This document shows positions 1 through 9,387 of a DNA stretch of 56,979 bases, piece by piece. Source of the stretch: Candidatus Doudnabacteria bacterium (lineage in GTDB: Bacteria > Patescibacteriota > Doudnabacteria > UBA920 > O2-02-FULL-48-8); NCBI GenBank assembly GCA_025450105.1, contig JANWIA010000025.1, positions 1 through 56,979 on the forward strand, in the 5' to 3' direction. Position numbers and translations under genes: made by a program. Each line of letters begins with the position of its first letter. The first letter of the stretch is position 1. The notes beneath the pieces were generated by a model. That model was not told the DNA's origin and made no database searches. It saw nothing but the letters and a program-made list of their open reading frames with translations.

Positions 1-14
1 AGGATATAAATTCA

Positions 15-50
15 GTAATCCATGTTAATCATATGATAAAGATGGATTAC
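15..50 (-). terminator. hairpin just downstream of the prmC stop
   Basis: 9-bp inverted repeat gtaatccat (15-23) / atggattac (42-50), followed on the minus strand by a T-rich tract. Confidence 0.45.
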
Positions 51-51
51 T

Positions 52-837
52 TTACTCAGTGATGATAAACATTTGAGTTTGAGTAAGGGGGCAATATTTT
101 TGCGCTAACTTTTGTAATTGGTTTTTTTGGTTTGGGTCTGCTTCAAGCAAAACCGATTGTAATGTTTGCGACGATCGTCCAATTTGTTGCAATAGCTCTT
201 TATGTAGTCGAAGGCCTTTTTCTTTTGCAACAAGTGCTAGCTTTGGTTCGAATTTGGTTGAGGAATCAGTTTCTTTTTCTAGATACGGAAGGTTGGCCAG
301 GATGATATCAAAATCCTGATGCACCGACGTCAGTAAATTGCTTCGGATAAATTTGACTGCAACTTTATGCTTGCGGGTGTTTTGTTGAGCAACCTTTAAT
401 GCTTTGTCAGAAATATCAATTCCAAAGTATTTATGCCCGCGGCCAAGTTTTTTGGCCAAGCTGATGATGATGGCACCCGATCCAGTTCCAATATCTGCAA
501 TGCGAAGATTTTTTCCATTTCCGATAACCGAAAGAGTTTTCTCAACCAAATGTTCCGTGCGCGGACGGGGGATAAGCACATATTTGTTCACGATAAAGTC
601 CAATCCAAAAAAAGATTTGGTTCCGGTCAAATAGGCAACAGGCATACCATTGCTACGATGATCGATAACTTTCAGGAAACTTTTTTCTTGTTTCTTAGAA
701 AGCTTTTTTTCGGGATAAGTAAACAAAAACGATTTGGATTTATTTAGCACATAAGAAAGAAGCACTTCGGCATCTAAATGGGGTGAAGTGCTTCTTTTTA
801 ATTTGCTGGAAAATTTTAGGGCTTCCTTAATGGTCAT
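52..837 (-). CDS. prmC: release-factor N5-glutamine methyltransferase (PrmC/HemK)
   Basis: SAM-binding motif DIGTGSGAI and an N-x-P-Y type motif (NLPY). ATGA start/stop overlap with the upstream prfA, the classic prfA-prmC pair. Confidence 0.85.
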   Translation of the reverse strand: MTIKEALKFSSKLKRSTSPHLDAEVLLSYVLNKSKSFLFTYPEKKLSKKQEKSFLKVIDHRSNGMPVAYLTGTKSFFGLDFIVNKYVLIPRPRTEHLVEKTLSVIGNGKNLRIADIGTGSGAIIISLAKKLGRGHKYFGIDISDKALKVAQQNTRKHKVAVKFIRSNLLTSVHQDFDIILANLPYLEKETDSSTKFEPKLALVAKEKGLRLHKELLQQIGRSSQTLQSVLLEADPNQKNQLQKLAQKYCPLTQTQMFIITE

Positions 838-1898
838 TTCGTCACTGATTCTAATTGTCGCTTCTGGTCCTCTTCAATCATCGCTTCGGTAATCTGGCCA
901 AGGTTACCATCGATAATCGTGTTGATTTGGTTCCAGTTGCGATTGATTCGGTGGTCGGTAATACGGTCTTGAGGGAAGTTATAAGTACGGATCTTTTCGG
1001 ATCGGTCACCAGTACCAATTTGGGATTTGCGCTTGTCGCTCAATTCTTTGCGTTTTTTTTCTTCTTCGTGCGCGGCCACACGGGCGCGGATAACGGCCAA
1101 AGCCTTTTCCCGGTTCTGGGCCTGTGAACGTTCGTCTTGCATCGAAACCATAATCCCGGTTGGAATGTGGGTCATGCGGATTGCAGAATAAGTGGTGTTG
1201 ACCGATTGTCCGCCATTGCCCGATGAAGTTGTAGCTTCGATCTTCAGATCTTTTGGATCGATTTTAAAATCAACCTCTTCAATTTCCGGCATGACCGCTA
1301 CGGTTATAGTAGATGTATGGACACGGCCGGATTTTTCGGTTTCTGGGACGCGTTGTACGCGGTGCACGCCAGATTCGTATTTGAATTTGGAATAAGCGCC
1401 GCGGCCAAAAATTTCAAAAATAACTTCTTTGAAGCCGCCAATGGATGTGCGGCTGGAAGAGGCAACGGCAACTTTGTACTTTAGACTTTCGGCGTACTTG
1501 CTGTACATGCGGAACAGTTCAGCCGCAAACAAGCCGGCTTCATCGCCACCGGCCCCGGCGCGGATTTCAATGATAATGTTTTTGTCGTCATAAGGGTCCT
1601 TTGGCAACATAAAGACGCGGATTTGTTCCGTCAATTTTATTTCCTCGTCCTTTAACGAAGGCAATTCAGATTTGGCCAGGTCGGCCAGTTCCGATTTGTC
1701 AGCAATCATTTTTTCGTGGCTGGCAATTTCGGCCTTAACCTTTTCCAAGCGGTTTATAGCTTCGGCCATTGGCAAAAGCTCGGCCTGCCTTCGGCCAAGT
1801 TTTTCCAAGTCCTTGGGATCAGTCGTATTCGAGAGTTTTTCCAGGATCTGGTCGTATTCTTTTGTAATGTGTGAGTAATTCATATAAATCAAAAACAC
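834..1898 (-). CDS. prfA: peptide chain release factor 1
   Basis: 354 aa. GGQ motif ([11 protein letters not shown]), PxT-type tripeptide (PET), RF1-like sequence throughout. Confidence 0.95.
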   Translation of the reverse strand: MFLIYMNYSHITKEYDQILEKLSNTTDPKDLEKLGRRQAELLPMAEAINRLEKVKAEIASHEKMIADKSELADLAKSELPSLKDEEIKLTEQIRVFMLPKDPYDDKNIIIEIRAGAGGDEAGLFAAELFRMYSKYAESLKYKVAVASSSRTSIGGFKEVIFEIFGRGAYSKFKYESGVHRVQRVPETEKSGRVHTSTITVAVMPEIEEVDFKIDPKDLKIEATTSSGNGGQSVNTTYSAIRMTHIPTGIMVSMQDERSQAQNREKALAVIRARVAAHEEEKKRKELSDKRKSQIGTGDRSEKIRTYNFPQDRITDHRINRNWNQINTIIDGNLGQITEAMIEEDQKRQLESVTK

Positions 1899-1949
1899 GC
1901 CCTTTCAAGATATAAATGAATTATATCCTAAAAAAGCGTGTTTAGGTAT

Positions 1950-2198
1950 TTAAGCTTTAGCTAATTTTTTGCTGATACGGGAAGATTTGATAGCAGCGCC
2001 CTTGGCGGCTTTGCGCTTGAACTTGTCGATGGTTCCGGCGGTGTCGATGAGATTTTGCTTGCCGGTGTAGAAAGGATGGCAGTTGTAGCAAATTTCAACA
2101 TGGACTTCCTGTTTGGTGGATCCGGAAGTAAAGGTGTTGCCGCAGGCACAGACGAACTTGGCATCAGTAAAATATTGTGGGTGGATTGAGTCTTTCAT
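1950..2198 (-). CDS. rpmE: 50S ribosomal protein L31
   Basis: MKDSIHPQY...CxCG...[12 protein letters not shown] signature, 82 aa. Confidence 0.95.
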   Translation of the reverse strand: MKDSIHPQYFTDAKFVCACGNTFTSGSTKQEVHVEICYNCHPFYTGKQNLIDTAGTIDKFKRKAAKGAAIKSSRISKKLAKA

Positions 2199-2254
2199 AG
2201 CCCAAAAATATTACCATATTCGCGTCGCTTTAGCAAGACCCTTGATTTGGGCAG

Positions 2255-2506
2255 TTGGAAATGCTAGGATACGGAGTCAATCAAGGAGGGGAATTGCAGA
2301 TTAGATTCACATACGATCGGATCCCGGTAGTCGTTGAGTACTCTGGAAAAACCGGCAAAGTCACCCGTGCCTATAGCTCGGATCGACTGGAGGGGATCCC
2401 TTTAGACAGCCTGCTAGGCATGAAGGTCGCGAGCTTCGCCCGTACTAAAATCGAGCAGACTACGCAGGAAAGAAGAAGGGTGATTCAATTGTTCAAGCCT
2501 CGGTAA
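2255..2506 (+). CDS. hypothetical small protein (ORFan cassette A)
   Basis: 83-aa ORF with an internal AAGGAGG just upstream of an in-frame TTG. Followed by an imperfect hairpin (agcctcggtaac...gttgccggggctt). Start uncertain (TTG 2255, ATG 2261 or the later TTG). Confidence 0.4.
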   Translation: MEMLGYGVNQGGELQIRFTYDRIPVVVEYSGKTGKVTRAYSSDRLEGIPLDSLLGMKVASFARTKIEQTTQERRRVIQLFKPR

Positions 2507-2722
2507 CACCAGTGTTGCCGGGGCTTGATTTGTATATGGCATTATGTTAAACTTGCAAAGCTATTAATCATTCATATTCTCCGATGGTTTGTTCCTGCCT
2601 GTTGGCAACCTTTTACAGTTAAAGGTTATCAGTATGGTCCTCAAACCGCATGACGAGAATAGAAGGGGCGTAAGCCCAAAGAAAGGATCTGCCAAGCTTT
2701 TGCTTTGGCGGATAGATAATTT

Positions 2723-3445
2723 ATGAAGCCCATCAATTTGATGGAAATGCTTAAGGCTGGGGTCCATTTTGGCCACAAAACATCTTTGTGGAATCCTAAA
2801 ATGGCGCCGTTTATTTTTACCCAGCGTAACAACATTCACATTCTCGACTTGGAAAAGACCAAGACCAAGTTGGCAGAAGCTTTGAACTTCGCAAAAGATC
2901 TTGCTGCCCGAGGCGGTGTGATTTTGTTTGTCGGAACCAAGCGCCAAGCCAAGGGCGAGGTTCGCAAAGCCGCGGAAGCTTGCGGCATGCCATATGTGGT
3001 CACTCGATGGCTCGGTGGAACTTTCACTAATTTTCGCACCATTCAACGAACCATTAAGAAAATGGAAAAGTACGAAAAAATGGTCGCTGATGACGAAATC
3101 AAGAAGTACACAAAAAAAGAACAATTGATGATCAAGCGCGAAATCGAAAAGATGAAGAATTTCTTCTCGGGTATTAAAGACATGAAGAAGTTACCGGAAG
3201 CAATTTTCGTTCTCGACGCCAAGTACGACCACATTCCAGTCGAGGAAGCCCGACAAACCAAAGTTAAAGTTATCGGTTTAGTCGACACCAATTCCGATCC
3301 AACCAAAGTTAACTACATGATTCCTTCCAACGACGACGCGATCAAAGTTATTTCTTATATGGCCAACATGATGGCCGCTGCCATTAACGAAGGTAAAGGT
3401 AAGGCAGCTGAAGAAGCTCCGGTAAAAGTTGAAGCAACAGTATAA
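2723..3445 (+). CDS. rpsB: 30S ribosomal protein S2
   Basis: MLKAGVHFGHKTSLWNPKM... S2 signature, upstream of tsf. Confidence 0.97.
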   Translation: MKPINLMEMLKAGVHFGHKTSLWNPKMAPFIFTQRNNIHILDLEKTKTKLAEALNFAKDLAARGGVILFVGTKRQAKGEVRKAAEACGMPYVVTRWLGGTFTNFRTIQRTIKKMEKYEKMVADDEIKKYTKKEQLMIKREIEKMKNFFSGIKDMKKLPEAIFVLDAKYDHIPVEEARQTKVKVIGLVDTNSDPTKVNYMIPSNDDAIKVISYMANMMAAAINEGKGKAAEEAPVKVEATV

Positions 3446-3469
3446 TTAAGATTCACCTAAACAAAAATT

Positions 3470-4057
3470 ATGAATTTTACAACTGACGACATTAAGAAAT
3501 TAAGAGAAACTACTGGCGCCGGCATGATGGACGCCAAAAAAGCTTTGCAGGAGTCCGATACTTTTGAAAAAGCAATTGAGATGCTCCGCAAAAAAGGCCA
3601 CGCCACGCTCGCCAAAAAATCTTCCCGCACTGCCAAAGAGGGGATTATTGCTTCCTACTTGCATGCTGGTGGAAAAGTCGGCGTGATCTTAGAACTTAAT
3701 TGCGAAACCGATTTTGTGGCCCGCAACGAAGAGTTCAAACTCTTGGCTCAGGAAATTGCTTTGCACATTGCCGCCGCCCAACCGACATTTGTTTCCCGCG
3801 ACGAAGTCCCAGCTGCAAATATTGAAACCGAAAAAGCAATCTATGCTGAACAAGTTAAGGATAAACCAGACGCTATCCGCGAACAGATTGTAAACGGTAA
3901 ATTGGAAAAATATTACGAACAGGTTTGCTTGCTCGACCAACCGTACGTCCGCGAACCGGAAAAGAAAGTTAAAGATTTGATTGCCGAATCCGTGGGCAAA
4001 TTGGGCGAAAACGTACAGGTCCGCCGCTTCCAAAGATTTGTAGTCGGCCTCGAATAA
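3470..4057 (+). CDS. tsf: elongation factor Ts (short form)
   Basis: N-terminal UBA-like LRETTGAGMMDAKKAL, rpsB-tsf synteny, 195 aa. Confidence 0.95.
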   Translation: MNFTTDDIKKLRETTGAGMMDAKKALQESDTFEKAIEMLRKKGHATLAKKSSRTAKEGIIASYLHAGGKVGVILELNCETDFVARNEEFKLLAQEIALHIAAAQPTFVSRDEVPAANIETEKAIYAEQVKDKPDAIREQIVNGKLEKYYEQVCLLDQPYVREPEKKVKDLIAESVGKLGENVQVRRFQRFVVGLE

Positions 4058-4095
4058 CTATTTGAGAACCCTGATCATCCATTATTAAGGAGAAA

Positions 4096-4983
4096 GTGAC
4101 AGGGTTTTTCTCTTTTAACGCCATGGAAACATTTGCTTGGACAATTCTAATCGTTTCGCTGCTCGGCATTATTTTTTTGCTATTGTCCAAGTTGCCGAAA
4201 CTTTTAGTCCGTCCAACGCACAAGGTCCGTTTGGCCGTGGCGGCCGACAGTTTCTTGGCCTACTTCGGGTATAAGATTAAACAGTTTGGCCGCTGGCTCT
4301 GGCACTTTGTTTTGGAAGCCAAAGACATTCGCCCGAGCAAAATTATTTCTTCCGAAGTCGATAAAGTAAAAAAGGTTTTTAAGATCCGAATCCGGGAATC
4401 GGAAAAAGATCCGGTCTGGATGCCGGAAATTTCCGAGCACAACATTACGCCGACCCACACAGAAGAGGTTAAGGGGAGTGAACCAAAGACGGCCGAAGAT
4501 TTATATTTAGAAACTTTGCGCCGCGATCCGGACAACAAAAAATCTTACGAAGGTTTGGGTCGGTTGTACTTGCAGGAAAAAAATTATTCCGAAGCTGTGG
4601 AAATTTTCCGTTACTTGACCAAGGCTGAACCGATGCGCGACGTTTACTGGAGCAACCTGGGAATTTCTTTGTACTCGGTCAAGGATTTCCAGGGTGCAGT
4701 GGCGGCTTACGATCAGGCCTTGAAGTTGAACAGTAAGGTTCCAGTGCGATGGATTAACCTGGCTTTGTGCTTTGAAGCAATCGATGAGCACATGCGGGCG
4801 GTGAAAGCGATTAACAAAGCTTTAGAATTGGATCCGCGCAACATAAATTATTTAATGTTGCTCTGTGATGTTTATTTGCGGGTCAATAACAAGATCCGTG
4901 CCGAAGAAGTCTTGGTCCAAATTTTATCATTTGAGCCAACAAACAATTTGGCCCGGGAAAAGTTAATGAGAATTCGCATTTAG
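4096..4983 (+). CDS. membrane-anchored TPR-repeat protein
   Basis: N-terminal hydrophobic helix. C-terminal half has several 34-aa TPR-like repeats (YEGLGRLYLQEKNYSEAVEIF, WSNLGISLYSVKDFQGAVAAY and others). Confidence 0.75.
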   Translation: MTGFFSFNAMETFAWTILIVSLLGIIFLLLSKLPKLLVRPTHKVRLAVAADSFLAYFGYKIKQFGRWLWHFVLEAKDIRPSKIISSEVDKVKKVFKIRIRESEKDPVWMPEISEHNITPTHTEEVKGSEPKTAEDLYLETLRRDPDNKKSYEGLGRLYLQEKNYSEAVEIFRYLTKAEPMRDVYWSNLGISLYSVKDFQGAVAAYDQALKLNSKVPVRWINLALCFEAIDEHMRAVKAINKALELDPRNINYLMLLCDVYLRVNNKIRAEEVLVQILSFEPTNNLAREKLMRIRI

Positions 4984-5012
4984 TTAATAGTTTTTTGAAC
5001 AATTCCGATCTT

Positions 5013-5037
5013 GACCCGTCTGACGGGTCTTGTTTTT
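5013..5037 (+). terminator. rho-independent terminator after the TPR gene
   Basis: gacccg...cgggtc hairpin followed by ttgttttt. Confidence 0.6.
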
Positions 5038-5066
5038 ATTTAGATCCTGACCTGCGTCAGGATGGG
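5035..5066 (+). repeat. post-terminator element TTTATTTAGATC plus an 8-bp GC hairpin (copy a)
   Basis: tttatttagatc, then atcctgac/gtcaggat hairpin, then ggg. Related copies at 43493-43518 and 45571-45599. Confidence 0.5.
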
Positions 5067-5104
5067 ATAAAGAAAAAACCGATCAATCTGATCGGATTCT
5101 TACT

Positions 5105-5127
5105 TGGTGGGCAGGATAGGATTCGAA
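5105..5127 (-). repeat. exact copy of the last 23 nt of tRNA-Tyr (T-loop to CCA)
   Basis: tggtgggcaggataggattcgaa is identical at 5105-5127 and 5272-5294. The sequence 5' of this copy cannot form a T-stem, so it is a fragment and not a gene. Confidence 0.85.
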
Positions 5128-5271
5128 GACGCCGCTGATGCGGATTAGTACTGGGCAGCGTAAAACGTTCACTGGACGTTTTACGACGTTCGCTGCGCAC
5201 TTAAGTGCTAGCTCACTTCTGCCCGTTCGAATCCTCAAAAATAAAAAACCCATCAGAGGATGAGTTCTTTA

Positions 5272-5358
5272 TGGTGGGCAGGATAGGATTCGAACCTATG
5301 AAGGCGCAAGGCCAGCAGATTTACAGTCTGCCCCGTTTGACCGCTTCGGTACCTGCCC
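5272..5358 (-). tRNA. tRNA-Tyr (GUA), long variable arm, CCA encoded
   Basis: Reverse complement GGGCAGG...CAGACTGTAAATCTG...GGTTCGAATCCTATCCTGCCCACCA folds as a class II cloverleaf by hand. Confidence 0.9.
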
Positions 5359-5361
5359 TAA

Positions 5362-5436
5362 TGGAGCCGGCTGTCGGGCTTGAACCGACGACCTGCTGTT
5401 TACAAAACAGCTGCTCTACCGCTGAGCTAAGCCGGC
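5362..5436 (-). tRNA. tRNA-Thr (UGU), CCA encoded
   Basis: Reverse complement GCCGGCTTAGCTCAGCGGTAGAGCAGCTGTTTTGTAAACAGC...GGTTCAAGCCCGACAGCCGGCTCCA. Confidence 0.9.
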
Positions 5437-5585
5437 ATATCTTAATTACTAGCGAATGTTAGCACATTTGTGTATTTTTTTCAATCGTTTGACCTTAACC
5501 GAAAAATCTTTCTATTTGACGAACTTTATGCTATAATAAATTCATAATTATTGGTTCGAGAAACAAATTAACATTAGAAATCACT

Positions 5586-5993
5586 ATGGATCCAAGCAAA
5601 ATCAAGATTCTTATCGTGGAAGACGAAGAAATCCTTTTAACTGCGCTTTCTGAAGAATTAAAGCAAGAAGGATTTGTGGTTGTTGGGGCAAAGGACGGTA
5701 TGGAAGGTGTAGAGATGGCAATCAAGGAACGACCAGACTTAATCCTTTTGGATTTGGTCATGCCGCGTCTCGACGGAATTGGCGCGCTCAAGCAAATGAA
5801 AGAAAACGCTGAAATTAAGGATTTGCCAGTTGTTATCCTGACCAACCTTTCCGATTACGATAAAATTTCCGACGCTCTGTCACTTGGCGCCATGGATTAC
5901 TTGGTCAAAGCCAACTACCGTTTGGAAGATTTGGTTAACAAAATTAAAACAGTCTTGGAACGCCGCGGCGCACAGGCTGTTGCCACAATGTAA
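5586..5993 (+). CDS. stand-alone response regulator receiver (CheY-like)
   Basis: ILIVEDEE...DLILLDLVMPRLDG...K receiver signature with no output domain. Confidence 0.9.
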   Translation: MDPSKIKILIVEDEEILLTALSEELKQEGFVVVGAKDGMEGVEMAIKERPDLILLDLVMPRLDGIGALKQMKENAEIKDLPVVILTNLSDYDKISDALSLGAMDYLVKANYRLEDLVNKIKTVLERRGAQAVATM

Positions 5994-6265
5994 TGGCCCA
6001 AGAAGCAGACTACAAAAATTTAATCACTGATATCATTGCCAAGCAAACAGTCATTCTTGGTCCAGATATCGTTTTACTCAAAGCTAGAAACGTTAACGGG
6101 CTTAAGCTTAGTAACGACGGCCAAGTCGAAAGCATCACCGGGGATCCCCAGGCAGTGCTGCAGACTTTGGTCGACGAATATATTTCGTTGTCCGGGCAAA
6201 TCGTAAAAAATATTTTAACTCCGGTGTTCGCAAAATATCCGGACATTAAAGTCTCAATTAAATAA
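5993..6265 (+). CDS. hypothetical protein, translationally coupled to the response regulator
   Basis: TAATG stop/start overlap at 5991-5995. 90 aa with no recognised domain. Confidence 0.5.
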   Translation: MAQEADYKNLITDIIAKQTVILGPDIVLLKARNVNGLKLSNDGQVESITGDPQAVLQTLVDEYISLSGQIVKNILTPVFAKYPDIKVSIK

Positions 6266-6303
6266 TTACGGCCTGGCCGTAGAAACAAAAAATAAAAAAC
6301 AAT

Positions 6304-6615
6304 ATGGATTTTGATTTACACGAACTAAACGTCGGATTAATTATCCAAGGTTTAATTGTCGCCATCATCATTGGTATGTTCTACACCGTCTGGGCTACCA
6401 CCCGCGCCTATGGTGGTATCATTGGAAAATCCCTGAGATTCCTCGCATTTGGGATTTTATTTATTTCTATCGCAGTTATCGAAAAAATGCTGCTAAATTT
6501 TAATGTTATCGAAGCAACTGCAAATTTGAGCATGGTCCAAGATCTCATGAACCTTGTTGGCCTGGGCTTGTTGTCTTGGGGTTTCTCCAAGCTCGCGGCT
6601 GCATCCAAAGTTTAA
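6304..6615 (+). CDS. small integral membrane protein
   Basis: 103 aa with about three hydrophobic helices, inside the two-component cluster. Confidence 0.5.
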   Translation: MDFDLHELNVGLIIQGLIVAIIIGMFYTVWATTRAYGGIIGKSLRFLAFGILFISIAVIEKMLLNFNVIEATANLSMVQDLMNLVGLGLLSWGFSKLAAASKV

Positions 6616-6644
6616 CAGTTTAATCTGAAACAAAAATTTTCAAA

Positions 6645-8378
6645 ATGGATATAAGTTCCTCGATTTATTATATTCTTTGGACCCTGGCAATCTACACGTT
6701 GATTGTCGTTATTTTTATTTGGTGGGAAAATCGTAAAATGCGCGCGGACCTAAACGTCAAAGCACTGGAAATGCAGCGCCGCATGTACGAAGTTTCCATC
6801 CTTAAGGAATTGGGCGAGCGTATCGGTTATTCCCTCAATGTCCAAAAAATTGTTGATGTCATTACCAGCTCGCTGCGCCGGTTACTTCCTTATTCGACTG
6901 TGTCCTATATGTTGTTCGGCGAGGAAGGCCGCGTGATTTTCCATTGCGTGCTGGAAGAGTCTGTTAATAAAAGATTTGTCGAAGAGGTTAAGGACCGTAT
7001 GATCAAGGCCATGGCTGCTTTGATTTCCCGCGAAGTCAAACATGAAGACGTGGACGAAAGTATTTCCGGAACCATCACTGACGAAAGCAACAAGCAAACC
7101 ATCAAATCGTTTTTTAATATTCCCGTGGTCATCAACAACCAGCCAGTTGGTTTGCTCAACGTTTCCTCGACCAAAGAAGGATTGTACCGCGAGGACGAAA
7201 TCACGATTCTGTATACGATCATGAACCAGGCTTCAACCGCGGTTTCGAAACTGGAAAATATTTTGGCGCAGGAAAAAGGCAAGCTTAATTCCATGGTCGA
7301 GTCCATGGCTGACGGCGTGTTCATGGTTGATACCCGCAACCGTTTGTTGGTCATCAACCCAACCGCCAAGCAGATGCTGAACATCACCAAGGCCCAGCCG
7401 AGCATGTTTGATGTTTTGGACGAACTGTCATCGAAGTTTGATTTGCGCACCAAAATTGAAGAAAGTTTAAAGCACGATAAATTGATTGTCGAAGAACAAT
7501 TGATGATCCATGATAAAGTATTACGTTTGCTGATCAGTCCGGTAAAAGATGCAGAAAACAAAGGCATGGGCGCCGTAGTTTTGTTCCATGACATCACCAA
7601 AGAAAAGGCCATTGAAAAAATGCGCGAAGATTTTACTTCTATGATGGTCCACGAGTTGCGCAGCCCGCTGACCGGCATTAGGTCCATTGCAAATTTATTA
7701 CGGGAAGATAAAATTAAGAATGAGCAAAAAAAGTACCAGGAATTTATTGATTTGATTGTCACAAATTCCGGATCCATGCTTGATTTGGTCAATGACCTTT
7801 TGGACGTCGCCAAATTAGAAGCCGGCAAGTTCCAGGTTTTGAAGCGGGAAGCGAATCTTAAAACTGTGATCCAACAGCGTATTGAATCTTTCCGGTCTTT
7901 GGCTGAGGAAAATCATTTAACTTTGGAAGGAAAGATCGACGAAGGTTTGCCGCTCATAAGCGCTGATGAAAACAAGATCGCCCAAGTCCTGAATAATTTT
8001 TTGTCGAATGGCATTAAGTTTACTCAAAAAGGTAAGTTGACCATTTCCGCATTTTTGGTTAAGCCTGGCGACGATTTGCTTAGCCGGGTCAGCGCTTTAG
8101 GTATGATGTGGCCCGGATTAAAGCCGGGCATAAAATTCCCAACCGACCAAATTGTGGTGGCTGTGACTGACACCGGCATTGGAATTCCCGAAGACCAACA
8201 AGTGCAGTTGTTTAATAAATTTACACAGCTGCAACAATCCGCAGCTTCCGAAAAACGAGGCACCGGGCTTGGCCTGGTTATCAGCAAGGGGATTGTGGAA
8301 GCACATGGCGGCAAGATTGGACTGTTTTCCGAACCCGGTAATGGGACGACCTTTTACTTTAATATTCCCTTGAAATAA
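6645..8378 (+). CDS. sensor histidine kinase (TM, GAF-like, PAS, HisKA, HATPase)
   Basis: H-box HELRSPL. N, G1 and G2 boxes (NFLSNGIKFT, DTGIGIP, GTGLGL). PAS-like LNSMVESMADGVFMVD. Confidence 0.9.
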   Translation: MDISSSIYYILWTLAIYTLIVVIFIWWENRKMRADLNVKALEMQRRMYEVSILKELGERIGYSLNVQKIVDVITSSLRRLLPYSTVSYMLFGEEGRVIFHCVLEESVNKRFVEEVKDRMIKAMAALISREVKHEDVDESISGTITDESNKQTIKSFFNIPVVINNQPVGLLNVSSTKEGLYREDEITILYTIMNQASTAVSKLENILAQEKGKLNSMVESMADGVFMVDTRNRLLVINPTAKQMLNITKAQPSMFDVLDELSSKFDLRTKIEESLKHDKLIVEEQLMIHDKVLRLLISPVKDAENKGMGAVVLFHDITKEKAIEKMREDFTSMMVHELRSPLTGIRSIANLLREDKIKNEQKKYQEFIDLIVTNSGSMLDLVNDLLDVAKLEAGKFQVLKREANLKTVIQQRIESFRSLAEENHLTLEGKIDEGLPLISADENKIAQVLNNFLSNGIKFTQKGKLTISAFLVKPGDDLLSRVSALGMMWPGLKPGIKFPTDQIVVAVTDTGIGIPEDQQVQLFNKFTQLQQSAASEKRGTGLGLVISKGIVEAHGGKIGLFSEPGNGTTFYFNIPLK

Positions 8379-9103
8379 TGCCCAAGAAGATTACCAAAAA
8401 GGAAAAATTGGGAACCGTCCAGTCGGACTTTATTAACTTGGCGTCGCATCAGTTGCGCACGCCATTGTCTGGTATGCGATGGTTGCTGGAATTGCTACAA
8501 AAGGAAAACCTTGGCCCACTCAACAAAAAACAGCGCGAGTATATTGAAAAAATTTATTCCTCAAACGAACGCATGATCGCGTTGGTCAATGATCTTTTGG
8601 AAGTTACGCGCATGGAAGAAGGGGACATTAAGCTCTATTTGCAGCCAACCGATGTCGTGCCGCTCATCAACAGCATAATGAGGGAAAAAGAAAAGGAAAT
8701 TAAAAAGAAGAAATTAAAAGTTTCGTTTAAGGTTGAGCAGGAACCGTTCCCAACCGTAAAAACTGAACCAAACAAGATTAAACAGGCCTTGAGTAATCTG
8801 ATCAGTAATGCCGTAACTTATACGCCTGAAAATGGCCATGTGGATATTGAACTAAAAACCATGGACGACGCTGCGCTGTTCAAGATCGAAGATAGCGGCG
8901 TGGGCATTCCAAAAGATCAGCAAGCCAGTATTTTTGAAAAGTTTTTTCGCGGGGCCAATGTTTTGAAGTTTGAAAACATCGGCACGGGTTTGGGGCTGTA
9001 TATTACCAAAGCCTTCATTGAAGCTTCGGGTGGCAAGATTTGGTTCAAATCCGAAGAAAATAAAGGTACGACTTTTTACTTTACCCTACCAATCATGAAG
9101 TAA
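8378..9103 (+). CDS. soluble histidine kinase core with no sensor domain
   Basis: H-box ASHQLRTPL, DSGVGIP, GTGLGL. TAATG overlap with the upstream kinase. Confidence 0.9.
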   Translation: MPKKITKKEKLGTVQSDFINLASHQLRTPLSGMRWLLELLQKENLGPLNKKQREYIEKIYSSNERMIALVNDLLEVTRMEEGDIKLYLQPTDVVPLINSIMREKEKEIKKKKLKVSFKVEQEPFPTVKTEPNKIKQALSNLISNAVTYTPENGHVDIELKTMDDAALFKIEDSGVGIPKDQQASIFEKFFRGANVLKFENIGTGLGLYITKAFIEASGGKIWFKSEENKGTTFYFTLPIMK

Positions 9104-9140
9104 ACATGATTATAGAAGCGCCTATTGGGCGCTTTTTTTA

Positions 9141-9169
9141 TTGCAAATATAATTTCCTTTTTATAGAAT
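9141..9169 (+). promoter_or_regulatory. sigma70-like promoter TTGCAA-17-TAGAAT
   Basis: Hexamers at 9141-9146 and 9164-9169 with a 17-nt spacer, 30 nt upstream of the 9199 ORF. Confidence 0.45.
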
Positions 9170-9198
9170 ATAGTCTGGCAATCGAAAGGAGGTGAGTC

Positions 9199-9372
9199 GT
9201 GAAGGCCAGGGGAAGGTTCGGCCCATTCGAAAACGTTATGCTCGAAGAAGATGTAGACGAGCAATGGGCAGAGACCCTCTTCGTCCTTGGGCTTGATAGC
9301 TGGAATCCGACATCCGCGCGCCGAGTGGCGCCGCGGGCAAATAGGACCCCCAAGGTAACTCGAAAAACATGA
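9199..9372 (+). CDS. 57-aa ORFan below the ORF-track cutoff (cassette B)
   Basis: GAAAGGAGGTG Shine-Dalgarno sequence 4-7 nt before GTG 9199. Translation VKARGRFGPFENVMLEEDVDEQWAETLFVLGLDSWNPTSARRVAPRANRTPKVTRKT. A strong terminator follows. Confidence 0.35.
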   Translation: MKARGRFGPFENVMLEEDVDEQWAETLFVLGLDSWNPTSARRVAPRANRTPKVTRKT

Positions 9373-9387
9373 CGTATTGGTGTACGT

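Noticed and set aside
52-837. PrmC has NLPY instead of the canonical NPPY
   Set aside because: N-x-P-Y variants occur in this methyltransferase class. A single-residue deviation read from a translation is not enough to claim loss of function.
3087-3098. ctgatgacgaaa, which resembles a hammerhead ribozyme core
   Set aside because: It lies inside the rpsB coding frame, has no flanking helices, and is a chance match.
2564-3124. 186-aa minus-strand ORF overlapping rpsB
   Set aside because: It is antisense to an unmistakable S2 gene, so it is a shadow ORF.
5105-5237. tRNA-like segment considered as a functional (possibly suppressor) tRNA that could read the in-frame TAA/TAG codons
   Set aside because: Only the acceptor strands and half of the T-arm are present. 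No D-arm, anticodon arm or T-stem can be drawn. The 7-nt loop of the 10-bp hairpin lacks U33 and has no UUA or CUA anticodon.
5205-5462. 85-aa plus-strand ORF
   Set aside because: It runs straight through two well-folding tRNA genes on the other strand.
6905-7828. 307-aa minus-strand ORF inside the sensor kinase gene
   Set aside because: It is antisense to a kinase with clear motifs, its translation is Ser/Leu-rich low complexity, and it has no start context.
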